From Trichoplax adhaerens (lineage: Eukaryota; Animalia; Placozoa): DNA of 64,000 bases. The DNA lies in contig NW_002060967.1 of NCBI RefSeq assembly GCF_000150275.1, positions 590,556 to 654,555 of the forward strand, given 5' to 3'. A program made the position numbers and the translations under genes. The notes under the pieces were generated by a model. It worked only from the letters and a program-made list of their open reading frames with translations, was not told the origin of the DNA and made no database searches. This document shows positions 41,427 to 54,800 of this stretch, piece by piece; the stretch's first letter is position 1, and the number at the start of each line of letters is the position of its first letter.

Positions 41427-44400
41427 CTAAAACATGAAATGAAATTATAGGATTAATTCGGATTATATAAAGTATGTTCAAACGGTGNAAGTAACCCAAA
41501 TGAAATTGTTAATCTTAGAGTTATCCACATCAGCAAATNNNNNNNNNNNNNNNNNNNNNNNNNNNNNNNNNNNNNNNNNNNNNNNNNNCTCTTACCCTTT
41601 AGATACACATTAATTTAACAAGCAGAAACCATGCTTATTATACTTCGGGTACTGCATACAATTTGTATAAACATTTATTTTTTATTTTCACATTAATTCA
41701 TCGCTGCTGTCAAAGATTTTATTCCAGTTTAAGTCATTAGTGTACGATATCCGCGCATTGTTCCGTAATCTACTCGTATTCCGTAAAGATGCATTGATGT
41801 AGTTACTTTGGAAATCAAAATATACGAGTATATGCTGAGATTTTAAAAGCTAGGGATTGCCCTAACTTGCAAACGAGGAACGAGAGAGTGATTTCTACCT
41901 GATACTCCTGTTATTTGGAATACCAGACAATTGGTATTCCAAGGCAGATAGACGATTTTTTATATAGTTGTTAAAAAGACTTTAAGGTTCAGTTCGTAAC
42001 AGTTATTTGCGATACTAGTAAAGTTCCCGTTCAAATGATCAGGTATATATTCTACTAAAAGCAAGACATGAAAGGAAATTCACAGTCAGATTATATCTCA
42101 AGACTGTATATATGTTTCCTCTATTAAACCTCTTGATAAGGTATCGTCCATACCATGTATAATATACCCAGCGTACTAATTTCAGTCGTGGACTGCTACA
42201 AAAATACTTTTTTAGCAGTCTATATCGCAATATAGAAGATATGCGGTAAATCACATACAGTGTATAACTATGTATCATTTCACTTTAATCACCTGTACTG
42301 TACTACTGTACATAGCTTATTTAATTTACTTAGGAATATGTTACATACTTGCAAAACGGCATATTGTATTTCCTCTGTTTCCTCTATTTTGCAGCAAATT
42401 TACTCAGCATACATCTACTCGTATGCAACTAAACACTGTTCAGTGCATTGTAACATGACAGGATTATAATCATGCATATACAATTTTACGATTTCATATA
42501 CAATTCATCTATTTTCGTACAATCTAACAAACTTAGTCCTAGATATATTTGGGAATGTACTGCAGTAGCATAAATATGATAGTTAATTAAACTATGACCA
42601 TAGTAGTAGAGTAATTCAACGGTGAAGTCAATTGCACGTGGACGAGGATTGACACATTTTTGTTCAACATGTAATTTGTAGGCGTCGAGACTATCTTCGA
42701 CACGAATGTATACCATATTTATTTGATGAATAAGATTTTTAGAAGCATCGCAATGTCTAGCATTCTCTGATAATATTACTGAAATACGTAGTTGTAAAAA
42801 TTATTAGATCATTACGATACATACCATTGTTATAATAGCTTTAACTGCTTTAAAACACGACATGCAGGTTGCTGTTATGGATCAGAATCTTGAATCCGCT
42901 TACAAAAATGCATGCATAATGCTAAAATTTTGATCGAGCAAAACGTAATTGCCTAATTATTCCTAAGTAATCACACCTATTTGTCAAATCTGTTTTTGAT
43001 GATTAGTAAATTTAAAGCTTGCAAGCTTTTCAAGTTACTTTGTAACCTTAAGCAAAGCTTCTAGGATTAAAGCGAATTGGTTTTGTGGTGATTAATCATC
43101 AGAAAGTCTAACACAGCTACGGAGGTTCATGGAGAATATATACATTGCGTAAAAACATAAGTGGTAATTTTCTGCCCACCGCAATTCTCTATGAATGCTA
43201 GAACTAACATGTTGCAAAGATGAAATACGAGAATAAAGTATGAGAATATAATTGCTACTAGAAGGAAATACGAATTTATTACAGCTTTTTTTATCAGAAA
43301 CTTGTTCAACTTGAAATAGACCATGTTGATAAAATGTCTTATAATTATGGATATAGTATACGAACTTCAAGCTAACGGAGTCACTATTGATTCATTTGCC
43401 TAGCATTTGTAATATTGAGCGTTTAGGAAGAGTTGTCGGAAAAGATCATTTAAAAGCTGTTGAGGTTTAACGTAGTACTGGCAAGAATACACTAGGCATA
43501 TGTAAAATTATTACTGCGGTTGATTGCATGCACTGTATCTGTTTATCACATACTAAGCTCTCAATAAAATACTAAAATAGACAAGTATCTTTACTGCTTG
43601 CCCAGTATTTTTCTAATTTCAGTATAAACAATGATTAAATTCAAATGAGAACACAACACCATAATATTGTCTCCGACCTCAATAAATTGAAAATAGTAAA
43701 CATGGATCAACATATTTTATTTGAAGAAAGGGCTAAGGCAATTTAAAATGACATCAGGTATTTGCACAATTTCAATAATCAGCAATACAATGTTATCTAT
43801 TTATAATAGCTTAAAATACTGCTTGATAATATTTTCCGCTAATGACAGAATTAAATTAATAAGTTATTGTTAGCAGAAATAAATCTACCTTTCAGATTAT
43901 TCTTAAAGTTAAAAGAGTCAAAAATCAAGGTAAGTATGTAGCTAATGAGATCCCTTTCATATTCTGATTTTTTCTGGTTGATTGAGTCCGACAATTCTCC
44001 TTATCGGTGCAATACAACTTTGAAAATGTAGCCATGCTTTAAGATGTTATCATAGAACATAGAATACAACTTTGATAGGATATTGGACTAAGAGGAAATG
44101 GCAAGCAGTTTCTATTTTGGATTTATTTACTTATTAGTAACAAGATAATTGCGTTATATATTTAACACATGTTGGAACTAGCCGCTAAAGAGGACTTAAT
44201 GATTAAACCAATTGGATACTACATTAGATAATAGCTCAATATTGAATTAGTTACTTCTCAGTCGATGATTATGAATGTTAGTTTCGTATTCCTGCAGCTT
44301 AATTCAAGTAGTAAGTCATATAATTAGAATAAAAAGTTAGGCAACGCTCTAAGTTAAGATACTAGATGCTTAAATAGTTAGACAAAAATCTCTTATTACA

Positions 44401-45229
44401 ATAGTAGGTACATTATTTTAAACGAAATAAAGTGAGATAAATAAGTTCGGAATATTTCAAATAATAAGGATGCTAGAAAAAAATTTGCTGTAGTTTATCA
44501 GATTTTTCTTACTCTAATAACTCATTTTGTTTGAGGGAAGAGTGTCTATGCTTTAATTTTGTTCAAGTGAGTTTGAAAAATCTTTATGTATTTAATTTGA
44601 AAGTGACACGCAAAATCATCATTGTAAATGCAATGATTCATATGGAGAAGATTACATTAGTCGTAGTAATTTTTTTTTTTATCTTAGGAAAACGAACTAG
44701 AATATCGAAAGTAATTTATACTGTTAACAATCAATAGTTCTTCAATTTATTATCTAAGGTTATTAATATCTATTCCTTTACATAATGCAAGGCATAATCT
44801 ATTTTATTAGGGTAATGGTTAAAAGTTGTATTTTGAACGAACTGTCATAGAAAGGGTTTGCGTACGGATCAATTAAGATTTTCTTAGCTATTTAGTAACT
44901 AGCAGATAATAGTTGTATTCCCCAATTTCTTAGGTAGTAGAGTTAATACTCAGAAAATGGATGAAAAAGATTTTTTTACTTAGTTAGCTAGACTAATTCT
45001 TTCATAGTTTATATTGAATTAATGCACTAGCGTTACTATGAAAATTTCTAATAGTAGTCTTATTAATGAATAGTCTTATTAATGAACTGGAAAGGGTATA
45101 AATATTTTATCTAGCGCCTTTAATTGAGGATTAAATCGAAACTATTACATGCAGATCTAGCTATCCACGTTCACATAAACTAAATCCTGTAAACACAGGA
45201 AAATTTATTAAAATATCCATAAAACTTAC

Positions 45230-46781
45230 CCAATCTTGAGCTGTCTTCCAATCACTACTACTGTAGGATATTGCGACATTATTGATATGTAAACTATTAT
45301 CAGTGGTTGTCATATCCTCTAGTATTTTGAACTTGCAATACGCAAGTAGTGCATCACACAACTGCTTCATGTTGCTATAATCATTCATCTGTAAATCAGC
45401 AAAATTTGGATATGGCATAGCATCATCGAATATTTGTGTAGATGAAAAGTCACCTAAAAGAGCAGTAATTTTCTTTCCCTGTTCATAAATATATATATGG
45501 AGACCGTAAACATTTTTAATACAAACTGAAATTTTGAAAAAGTAGCTATAGCATACGTATATACATCTGTGCTTGAAAATATTTGGTATAATGTTTGATA
45601 TCTACTTGACTATCTGGAACTTGCTACATTATCCTTATTGTCAGTACTATAATAGCATAACTCATCAAAGTAAATGCAATTACGCGCCAAGTGTGAATTA
45701 AACAATAGCTTGGACGAATTTACACGTAAGGAATACATAAGTATTCTAACTGCGTATCATGCCTTGTTGATTTATCTAAACTATAAATAGAGATAACTAA
45801 GTTTTATGCCTTACTTACATAATAATTTAGAGGAATGCAGTTTCAAGATATAATCTTAATACGTATTATTATTAAAACATGAATCTCTAAATTTACTTAA
45901 ACCGTGTTGTATAATGTCATAATGCTTTCATCAAAATATGTTTTAGGTCTAGGATCAATTAAACTTCATTAGGTGCATTACTTGATAAAAAAGATCTTGT
46001 ACGTTTAATTTCTTCTAGTTTACAATAATTACCATTTAGATTCTTGAGAAAACTGAAGGCAACGCATTTAACAACAATACATTCTTAATTTCTGATTGTT
46101 GATCCTAATTGAACTATTCTATTGTTATCGGGTTGCATATGTTAAAATTTTTATCATTCGCATGGTTACTTAAAACTACTGATTTGAATACCTGGCTCAG
46201 TAGTGCTATGAATATAGCGTCCATATGGATATTACCGTAGATAATTGAATGAAATTTCAATGAATTGAAAGCAACCTCGATATCCTTAACGATTTGGATA
46301 ACACTTTCTGGCGTTAAAAAATCGGATTGACTGGAGATTAAGTCACTTAATATTCCTATATCTTCGCCAGGTAATGCATAACATATCAATCTACAAAGTA
46401 ATGGATAATTGTTCTGTCATCAGGCTAATAATATATAAACCGACGATTTTTTTATTATTGTCATTGTATGAATATTGTAACATAAATCGTTCGATTTATG
46501 ATGAATTGTTAGTACTTTAAGATTGCAGCATAAGTTTCCATATCTTACAATCTATTGTGTATTTCTGCTCCAAATCTTTCACCATCTTGTACTTTATATT
46601 TATTACCACCTTCAAACCAAATGCATTCCACAATATTACTTATATGCCAATTTCGTAGTGCGATATCATAATAAAACTGTTTTTCCTTTTCCCATAAATT
46701 TCTATCTTTTCTATCGTAGCATTTAAGCCATCCAAGTTTACAATTCTTATGGCTTAGGTCAATCAGTCTTAATTTGAAGTT
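45230..46781 (-). CDS. Pseudokinase-domain exons of paralog 2
   Basis: GWLKCYDRKDRNLWEKEKQFY...HISNIVECIW, IIYGNIHMDAIFI and ALLGDFSS. Intron positions and phases match paralog 1. Confidence 0.8.
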
Positions 46782-49619
46782 CTAAAATCAGCAATAAACT
46801 AGAAAATTATTATAAGCATGTGGTAACTTGTTAATAGTAATACAAGTAAGTAATACTGAGTAGCCTACTATATCAATAGGTAGAATATAAAGAGATCAAA
46901 TTTAAATTTAACAATTTTGATCTATTTTTGATAATATCTTATTCAAATGAAAATTATGTTAAAGTTGTCATGATTATCTTGTAACGTAAGAAATAATCCG
47001 ATTAAACAGCAGGTTTGATCAGTATATGATAAAGTATGTATCATTTAAGTTGGAAGTAGAATAGGTAATTTCTGCCTTATTCATACTGGTACACTTTTTA
47101 ATGAATGTGAGAACTGAAAGCCTTACAACCTACAGTAGTAGAAAAGTAATAATTTCTGCTTTTAAAAGGCTTAAAACAATATTGACGCGTATGACACTTA
47201 AACTGGAATTTAAATGCTGCTCTAATTCTTCAGGATCTTCAATAAATTGTTGTGGCTTGTTTTAATATCGAATGGATATGTATTTGCAACTATACTGCCA
47301 TAGGAATTTGAAGCTGAAGATTCGATATTTAAAATCGAAATTTCACTTTGCGTTAAGCTTAATATCGCAGTAACAATATTAATTGTTAGTAATTTGTACT
47401 ACGATTCTTAATATGGTCACAATTTTGCTAATTTTTGGCTAATAAATTTAATGCTTTGTAGTGAATATACAACATGGATGGCAAGCTCATTTTTAAAATT
47501 TCCGAGAAGAAAAATTTTGTATGTGCCATAAATTCCAAAGAAATTAGGCGATGCCGGGTATAAATTAAAGTTATTTGGATAAATTTATATGTTAGGGATT
47601 GTAATTTGAGTAGACTTCAGATATTTTTGTAGTGTCCTGAGTTTAGTACTTGAGTTAAATATTTAATTTAGTATTGAATCATCAATATGCACTACCGTAG
47701 TCTGTAATAATTATGTAGTTTATTACGACTAGTTGCTCGTGCTCCTACAAATACAGTAATTCAATGCCCGTGCTTTACGAATGGAAGCATAATAGGTCAT
47801 GCGCTAGAATTTATAAGCGTATGCACCGAGTAGATCGGAAGTTCTTTTGCTAGTAGTTTGTTGTGAATACAGTTACGGTTAGTTTTATTGTAATAAAGCT
47901 TAATTTGGGTTTTAACTCCAGTTAGTTTGATTTATTGTGAACGCTTAAGAATTGACTTCACTAAATACTTCCATTTGATCATGTAATGAGACATAAATTT
48001 TTCAAATTCTTCTTTGTAAATTAAACTCGTTTTATAGAAATAATATTTATCTGAGCGATAATTATGAAGCATAGACAGATGTACAGTTAGGTACTATTAC
48101 TTAGGCAATAAAATTTCTACATTAAGATGACTTCATCACAAATGTATATGCCTGTCACGGTACGAACTACCGTGAAGAAATAGATATCTAAATTTGGTTA
48201 ATATAATATAGTGATATTATATTACAACTAGTTACTTACAATAGGAATTACTCTAATTATAAATGTGTTACAGTAAATTTACTGCTGTGCTGTAATGTGT
48301 ACTGAAATGATTCTGCGAATGGACATATTGTAGTCCGACTGTGAAAAACTAGTTAGTAGATGTTCTCACCCAAGTATTTTTATAGGATGACTTGTGAATG
48401 TTAGCTGCTGTAGAAGGGTATATAAACCCGTCAGATAGTTGAATAAAGCAGTTCTCAATTGTATAGTTGTTTTAACGTAGAATCAAAGGCATCTAAATTC
48501 TTGTGAGGTAGTTAATGGATACTGAATCCCGGAGACTACGGTAATTTAGAGATTTGTTTTACGTTATCCTTGTCACGAAGCTGGTTTGTGACAATGCCAC
48601 TTATATTCGCTTAAAAAGTGTGTACTAATGCTTTATTAGTGAAATTTTTGAAGATTAAAATTTTGATGCATTTCAAATTAGAGTGTTGATAACACACGTG
48701 ATGTAATTTTAATTTTAATAATTTCCAACTTACATATTTAATTTCAGTAGTAGATGAAGTTGAGATTATAGAGATTTTCTCATTTCTTAGGGATTCAGGA
48801 AAGAAGTCTAGTGAAATTTCGCATTAAAATAGAAATATTAACTTTTTATATTTTTATCATTATCCATAAGCATATTGCTCCATAAGCAACGAAAGCTTAA
48901 GACGATGGCGGTAGGCTTAAAGTAAAGTATTGAATACGAGTTCTTGGTAGATGCCTATTATAATTATTAATTTGATCTTATATCAATTATCCTCACGAAT
49001 AAACCAGTTATCGTTTTTCATTCTGGCATAACCCTTTGACAATCCCATAATAATTAGCATAAAGTTTGATGTCTCTACACTTCTAGCCTTCATCGTATAG
49101 CGCATTGCAATTAGCTTAATGACAATATAGAGCATCATTGGTTAAACATTTGGTCTAGTAAAATTTTACATCTTAAGAGAGCATATTCGAATGTTATTAT
49201 CGCTCACTTAGTCTAATTCCAATGTAACTCAAGAAATGGAGGAGTAAATTTATTGAATAATTTGAAAGAAACAGGTTCTATAGTGAGACCTTAATTATCA
49301 TCAAGTAAGATGGCGGTGCTAGATCTGAGTAGACTAGTAGTGTCAAAGATAGTTTTTTAGGCATTAGGATAGTCGAGTAAGTTGGCGAATAATTTAAGAG
49401 CGACAACTATAGCCTTGAATAAGAATGTAAGTTATTTCTTAGGAAGGAATTCAGTCGGAGACCCAGCAGCGTATAGATTCATTTGTCTAAGTTTGCAAAT
49501 GTAGCATTCAACGATTAAATTAAGCAATAGCCCATTTTAGCTACTAATATTAAAAAGCAATTTATTGTGGAACCATTCCATAGTAAGGGAAGGAATTATT
49601 CTTTTTACATTATTTGAAA

Positions 49620-50128
49620 NNNNNNNNNNNNNNNNNNNNNNNNNNNNNNNNNNNNNNNNNNNNNNNNNNNNNNNNNNNNNNNNNNNNNNNNNNNNNNNNN
49701 NNNNNNNNNNNNNNNNNNNNNNNNNNNNNNNNNNNNNNNNNNNNNNNNNNNNNNNNNNNNNNNNNNNNNNNNNNNNNNNNNNNNNNNNNNNNNNNNNNNN
49801 NNNNNNNNNNNNNNNNNNNNNNNNNNNNNNNNNNNNNNNNNNNNNNNNNNNNNNNNNNNNNNNNNNNNNNNNNNNNNNNNNNNNNNNNNNNNNNNNNNNN
49901 NNNNNNNNNNNNNNNNNNNNNNNNNNNNNNNNNNNNNNNNNNNNNNNNNNNNNNNNNNNNNNNNNNNNNNNNNNNNNNNNNNNNNNNNNNNNNNNNNNNN
50001 NNNNNNNNNNNNNNNNNNNNNNNNNNNNNNNNNNNNNNNNNNNNNNNNNNNNNNNNNNNNNNNNNNNNNNNNNNNNNNNNNNNNNNNNNNNNNNNNNNNN
50101 NNNNNNNNNNNNNNNNNNNNNNNNNNNN
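49620..50128. other. Assembly gap (others at 36857-36906, 41539-41588, 57346-58204)
   Basis: Runs of N. Confidence 0.99.
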
Positions 50129-50832
50129 GGGGCTACATGGTAATATTGTGAGTGGTAAGATAAGATTGTATAAACGGGCATAGTAAAACTATACGACTTT
50201 ATGTATTTTGGGTACCAACGGTAATAAATCAGTTTTAGCTTGCATCTCCTACAGAGTGTATTTTGCCAGTTGTTATATCGGCAGTCCTGTTATACGACTC
50301 GGCTAGCAGCACAATGTATATTACAAGATAATGGTTATATGCCTGTGTTAGTACAAGTTACATAGCAATGAAGCGTATCGATTAACAGTAAATCTAAATC
50401 TTTATCCGCCTTAATCTACATTTCTAATAATAAATCACAAAGATGTCTATCCATAGAACACTGTAGCAATCTTATACGTTAGTTTAATAGATTTTTGACT
50501 AAGGTGTATGACACTACTGAATATTTCGAAACTAGGAATATCTAATATATGGCAAGAACTGTTCATCATCTCTATTATTAGTTCAGAAAATAAATCATAA
50601 TTTACTGCGTTATTACGCTGCCTAATTTTTAGAAGTTATGGAAATATTATTAATCACAGTGTTTCAGTGATACTGTAATAAAGCGATTTTGTAGACTACA
50701 GTTCAAAGTGCCTACTGATTGTAGGCCTTTTCGAAGGGTAGTTCTTTGGCATTATAATAGCAGTATTGCAATTTTACTCGATCTTACAAAAGATTACTAC
50801 TGTAATTTGTATAGTAATTTTAAAATACTTAC

Positions 50833-51874
50833 ATTTGCTGAAGCTATAAGATTGATTCCTAGGCAATTTGATCGATGAAATATATTGCAATATATTTCTT
50901 ATAAGCATAGAGGCGTGATTCAAGAAGGTTTCGGTGAATATTGTATACAAGACTGGATTTATACATGAATTCAGAGGTAAAGATAGGACAGCTACAAACG
51001 GTAACGAATGTGTGTCCAACTCAGAGACTATTACGCCTCTAATAAGGATAATGTAAAGCGGTAACCAACATAGAAGATCAGTAATTACAACACTAATCAT
51101 CTTCGTTTGTATAATTCTATCAAAGAGCGAAACTTTTCTACATGCTTCTCTGCGCGATTTCGTTAAGGTAACCAAGATTACAGCATACATACTGCAAATT
51201 GTTATCCAAATTATAAAGGTGACGCTACAGTAAATTAATAGCCATGATAGCAGATAGGGATTTCCTATATTTCCAGGCATACAAGCAGCATTATTACCGT
51301 GTATACGATAATAAAATGTCTGATTAATGCCATAGAGTGATGGTAAGCCGGCAAATACAGCGGAAATTGACCAAAATAAGAAAGAGAGAATTATAATGCA
51401 CGATACGATAAGCGATAATTCTCAAATGGATAAACCAAATATAAATAGCGATCTAGAGTGATTAGAAACATGATGAATGTCGACATCAAAGATGAAACGG
51501 AGATAAGAAACGTTGACATTAAACAAGCTGGACTTTGTAACCAGATTTCATGATTATCAGCAAAGCGTCCACTAAAGTATGCATTCGCTGATGCGATAGT
51601 AATTAAATAAATACCCATCAGTAAATCGGCAGCAGATAAGTTAAGAATTAGTACTTTTACTATTACATATTTTTTTTGCATATTTCGAGTATGTAAAGCT
51701 AATGAAATTATATTGCCAATGATGGATAAAGCACCGGTAAACCAAACAAATATTCGGAGTATCCCATGAGACAAAATATCATTACAGGTTGAGAGACTGA
51801 ATTGATCAGGTAATGGCTCACAAAACAATATTCTTCTAGGGGCATGACAGCATAGATACTCCCGCGATGAAGCT
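50833..51874 (-). CDS. Hinge + 7TM exon of paralog 2 (frameshifted)
   Basis: YLCCHA...CEPLPDQFSLSTCNDIL, NLSAADLLMGIYL, ITLDRY, then a frame change before CIIILSFLFWSISAVFAGLP, TDLLCWLP and LPLNSCINPVLY. The ORFs 51391-51828 and 50774-51280 are in different frames. Confidence 0.9.
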
Positions 51875-54800
51875 CTGTATTCAGTTAGTAAACATATTTA
51901 GTGAAACTTCAGAACAACAAAGTTAAAACAGTAGTTTTATACATGGAAACATTCTTATACTAAGGTAAATAAGCGAACTTACTGATTAAATAATTTGGCT
52001 TAACTTACAAAAATGTTGAACTACAGTAATTAGCTAATGCATCACTAACCAATGAAGAATGATGATTTATTTCAATATCCGCAGAAGAAATAGCTAGATA
52101 CTTGCTAAGATATGGTAAACCTAGTCAGTAGTTTCTAATACATATGTTTTATCACTTAGAGTATCTGTGATGAATCGAATATACGTACAGCTGGGCTTGA
52201 TATCAAATTACCGGAGAATAAATAATTACTTATTCTTAAAAATTTCGGGCACGGAATCATTGAACATCGATAGTCTTAATTCTTTAAATGCTTATGTCAA
52301 CATGCCCAGTTATTCAATAGTTATTTAACTTTTCAAATCAGGTGTGGTTAGAATCTAAAAGGGTATCACTACAAACTGTTTGCACTAGTTTTACCGGATA
52401 CTGGAAACATCTAATGTCATAGTTATAAACCCTTTAAGAATGAATCAAAAGAGTCTAATGGGCTTTATTAGATTCATTTCATAACATCTTTTTTCTTAAA
52501 AGGTTATGAAAATCACTCTGGAACATTGCTGCCATGATACTTACATATCTGATAGTAATGAAGCAGCAAGTAAAGAATATCTATTGAAGTGGATCAAAGG
52601 GTTATTCTTTATTCTTCTGTAAAATCAGAATTAAATAAAGTCAGAGAATTGCTGTAAATTTTAACTTGTGAGCAATTTAATAGTAGCGCTTCAAGACTTT
52701 AGGCAATAGCCATAGCTCAGATAACATACTTTAGGGCCTCCTTTTGACAGTTTATGAGTCATTACTAAATTTACTAATACGGTAATATTGTTGAATATTA
52801 CTTATTTCAGATAAGCCTAAATATATATATATGTGTTATATATATCGTATGTACGAATTAATAATGTAGCCATATCTATTTTTCTAACAGTCCTACAGCA
52901 CCTTATTTGGATCTTTTATAAAATGGTACGCTATCTTATATCTGTTTTTGTTTTCAAAGACGTTCTTTTAGACAAATACAGTAATTTATTGGAGAGACCT
53001 CTAACGGAGCTATTTTGTGTCATTTATTAAAAACTATTAAATATAGCGCGGTAATCGTAGTTGTTCCAGGTATGTAATGGTACAAAAATGAAGATGTTGC
53101 AACATATAGGCCATATAAAATGATTTTAAAGGCATGATCATCTGACCAAAAATTAATTCACTTACAGGGCACGTAGGCTTCGTAAATTTGCAAAGCAGTA
53201 TGGTTCCAATTTGACAATTTGATTATTATTGAGATTTCTAGATATTACATTATTGAGAAAATGAGAAAAATTGTATAAGTTCATAATTCTTACGGATTTA
53301 AAAGTGAAATATCAAGTAGATACTTGGAGCAATAAAGATATTCGAATATTCAGAAGCGAGCCAATTACTGCAAGAGGCATATACTGCATGAGCTCCACAT
53401 AAATTATTACATTAACTCTTTAAGTCGTGCAGCCGCTTCGTAGTTGCTCTTAGACTTATTTGACTGTATTGAAACAATACTGTTTATACGCTAAGCATTT
53501 AAGCGGCTTCACGTGTGGTAAATATTACTCGCAGTTATTGGCTTATTTAAGTCTGAAATTTTAAATTAATACGCCTGCAATGGATTTTAATTTTGTTTAC
53601 ATCAGAAAGTATATAATAATCAATACTGGTAACAGATATTTTGCAAACTTTCTATAGAATTTAGGTATTTTGCAAAATAGCTGATTTCACAACTTACTGT
53701 TTTAACATGTGTTCAACTGATGCTGTATAATAAGGTAACAAACCGGTGAAATCATATACTGTACTTAGGCTATGATATTTTGTGATACTTTTCAGACTGC
53801 ATTCATGCTTACAGTTCTCTTAATTTCCCATTTTCGATCTTCTGAGTTACACATATATCAGATATGTTGTTATAATCAAGGTTTCTATAATGTAATTAAT
53901 AGTTAAAATATAATTAACGCTAGTGGCTTCTAAAATATAGAGTTTGACTTGCAAGTTAGGCCATTATCATTAGCATATTTTGAAATTTAACTTAAAATGA
54001 AAATGTTAAGGTCTAATTCCAATTTCTCATCACTTACATCACCAGTAAGTTAGTTAACTTCATTAGAGATAAATAGTCCCTGTTCCCAAGTTGATTATGG
54101 TCTAATATTCTAAATGAAAAGATATTGCTTTAAAATCAAATCAATGACATAATTTTTATTATAAGTCTATGCTTATCCATCTTTTATTTATTAACAATAT
54201 AATTTAATATATGATTTATTGTAGTAATTGTGGACTAAAATTAAATTTATACCTGGCACCCCTTCAAATTCTTAATTCTTAAGTTAATTAACTACATTAA
54301 CATTTATTGTATAAACTTTCTCTCACCAAATCAAAATTATTTACAGTTTAAGAATATTAGTATTCTGGTTTAAATTTGTGCCGTATTTATAAGAATTTAG
54401 TCCGAAATGTTTATTATACAGTAAATAGACTTGCATCGGTCATAAATGTCGTAAGCAAAGCTGATGTTTAAACCCATAGTAGGTCAGATTAAGTAGGAAT
54501 AGCTAACACAGATAGGTGATATCAGTATCAGTAGCTGACTGACTGGGATTAAGTTGGGACGAAAGCCTGAAAAGAATTTGTTTATGCCTTTACTCGATGC
54601 TGGACTCTAGAGATCAATACTATCCAGTATATTTATTGATTTTTATTACTGTCAACTAATCTTAATCATAGCCTAATCATAAAAATGACTTTACAACAAG
54701 AATCTAGGTAGCTAGGCAAATTACGTCTTCGCTTACAGATCCGTAACACGATTTAAAGTCGAGATGAACCTTGGACCGATAATTTTAAGTTGACATTCTG

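Noticed and set aside
45055-45086. 16-bp tandem duplication TAGTCTTATTAATGAA x2
   Set aside because: A simple slippage duplication; not an array and no functional evidence.
49537-50183. Long ORFs of 189-214 aa
   Set aside because: Artefacts of translating through the N gap.
52009-52104. 96-nt in-phase candidate exon in paralog 2
   Set aside because: Not LRR-like and absent from paralog 1; the flanking exons join sensibly without it.
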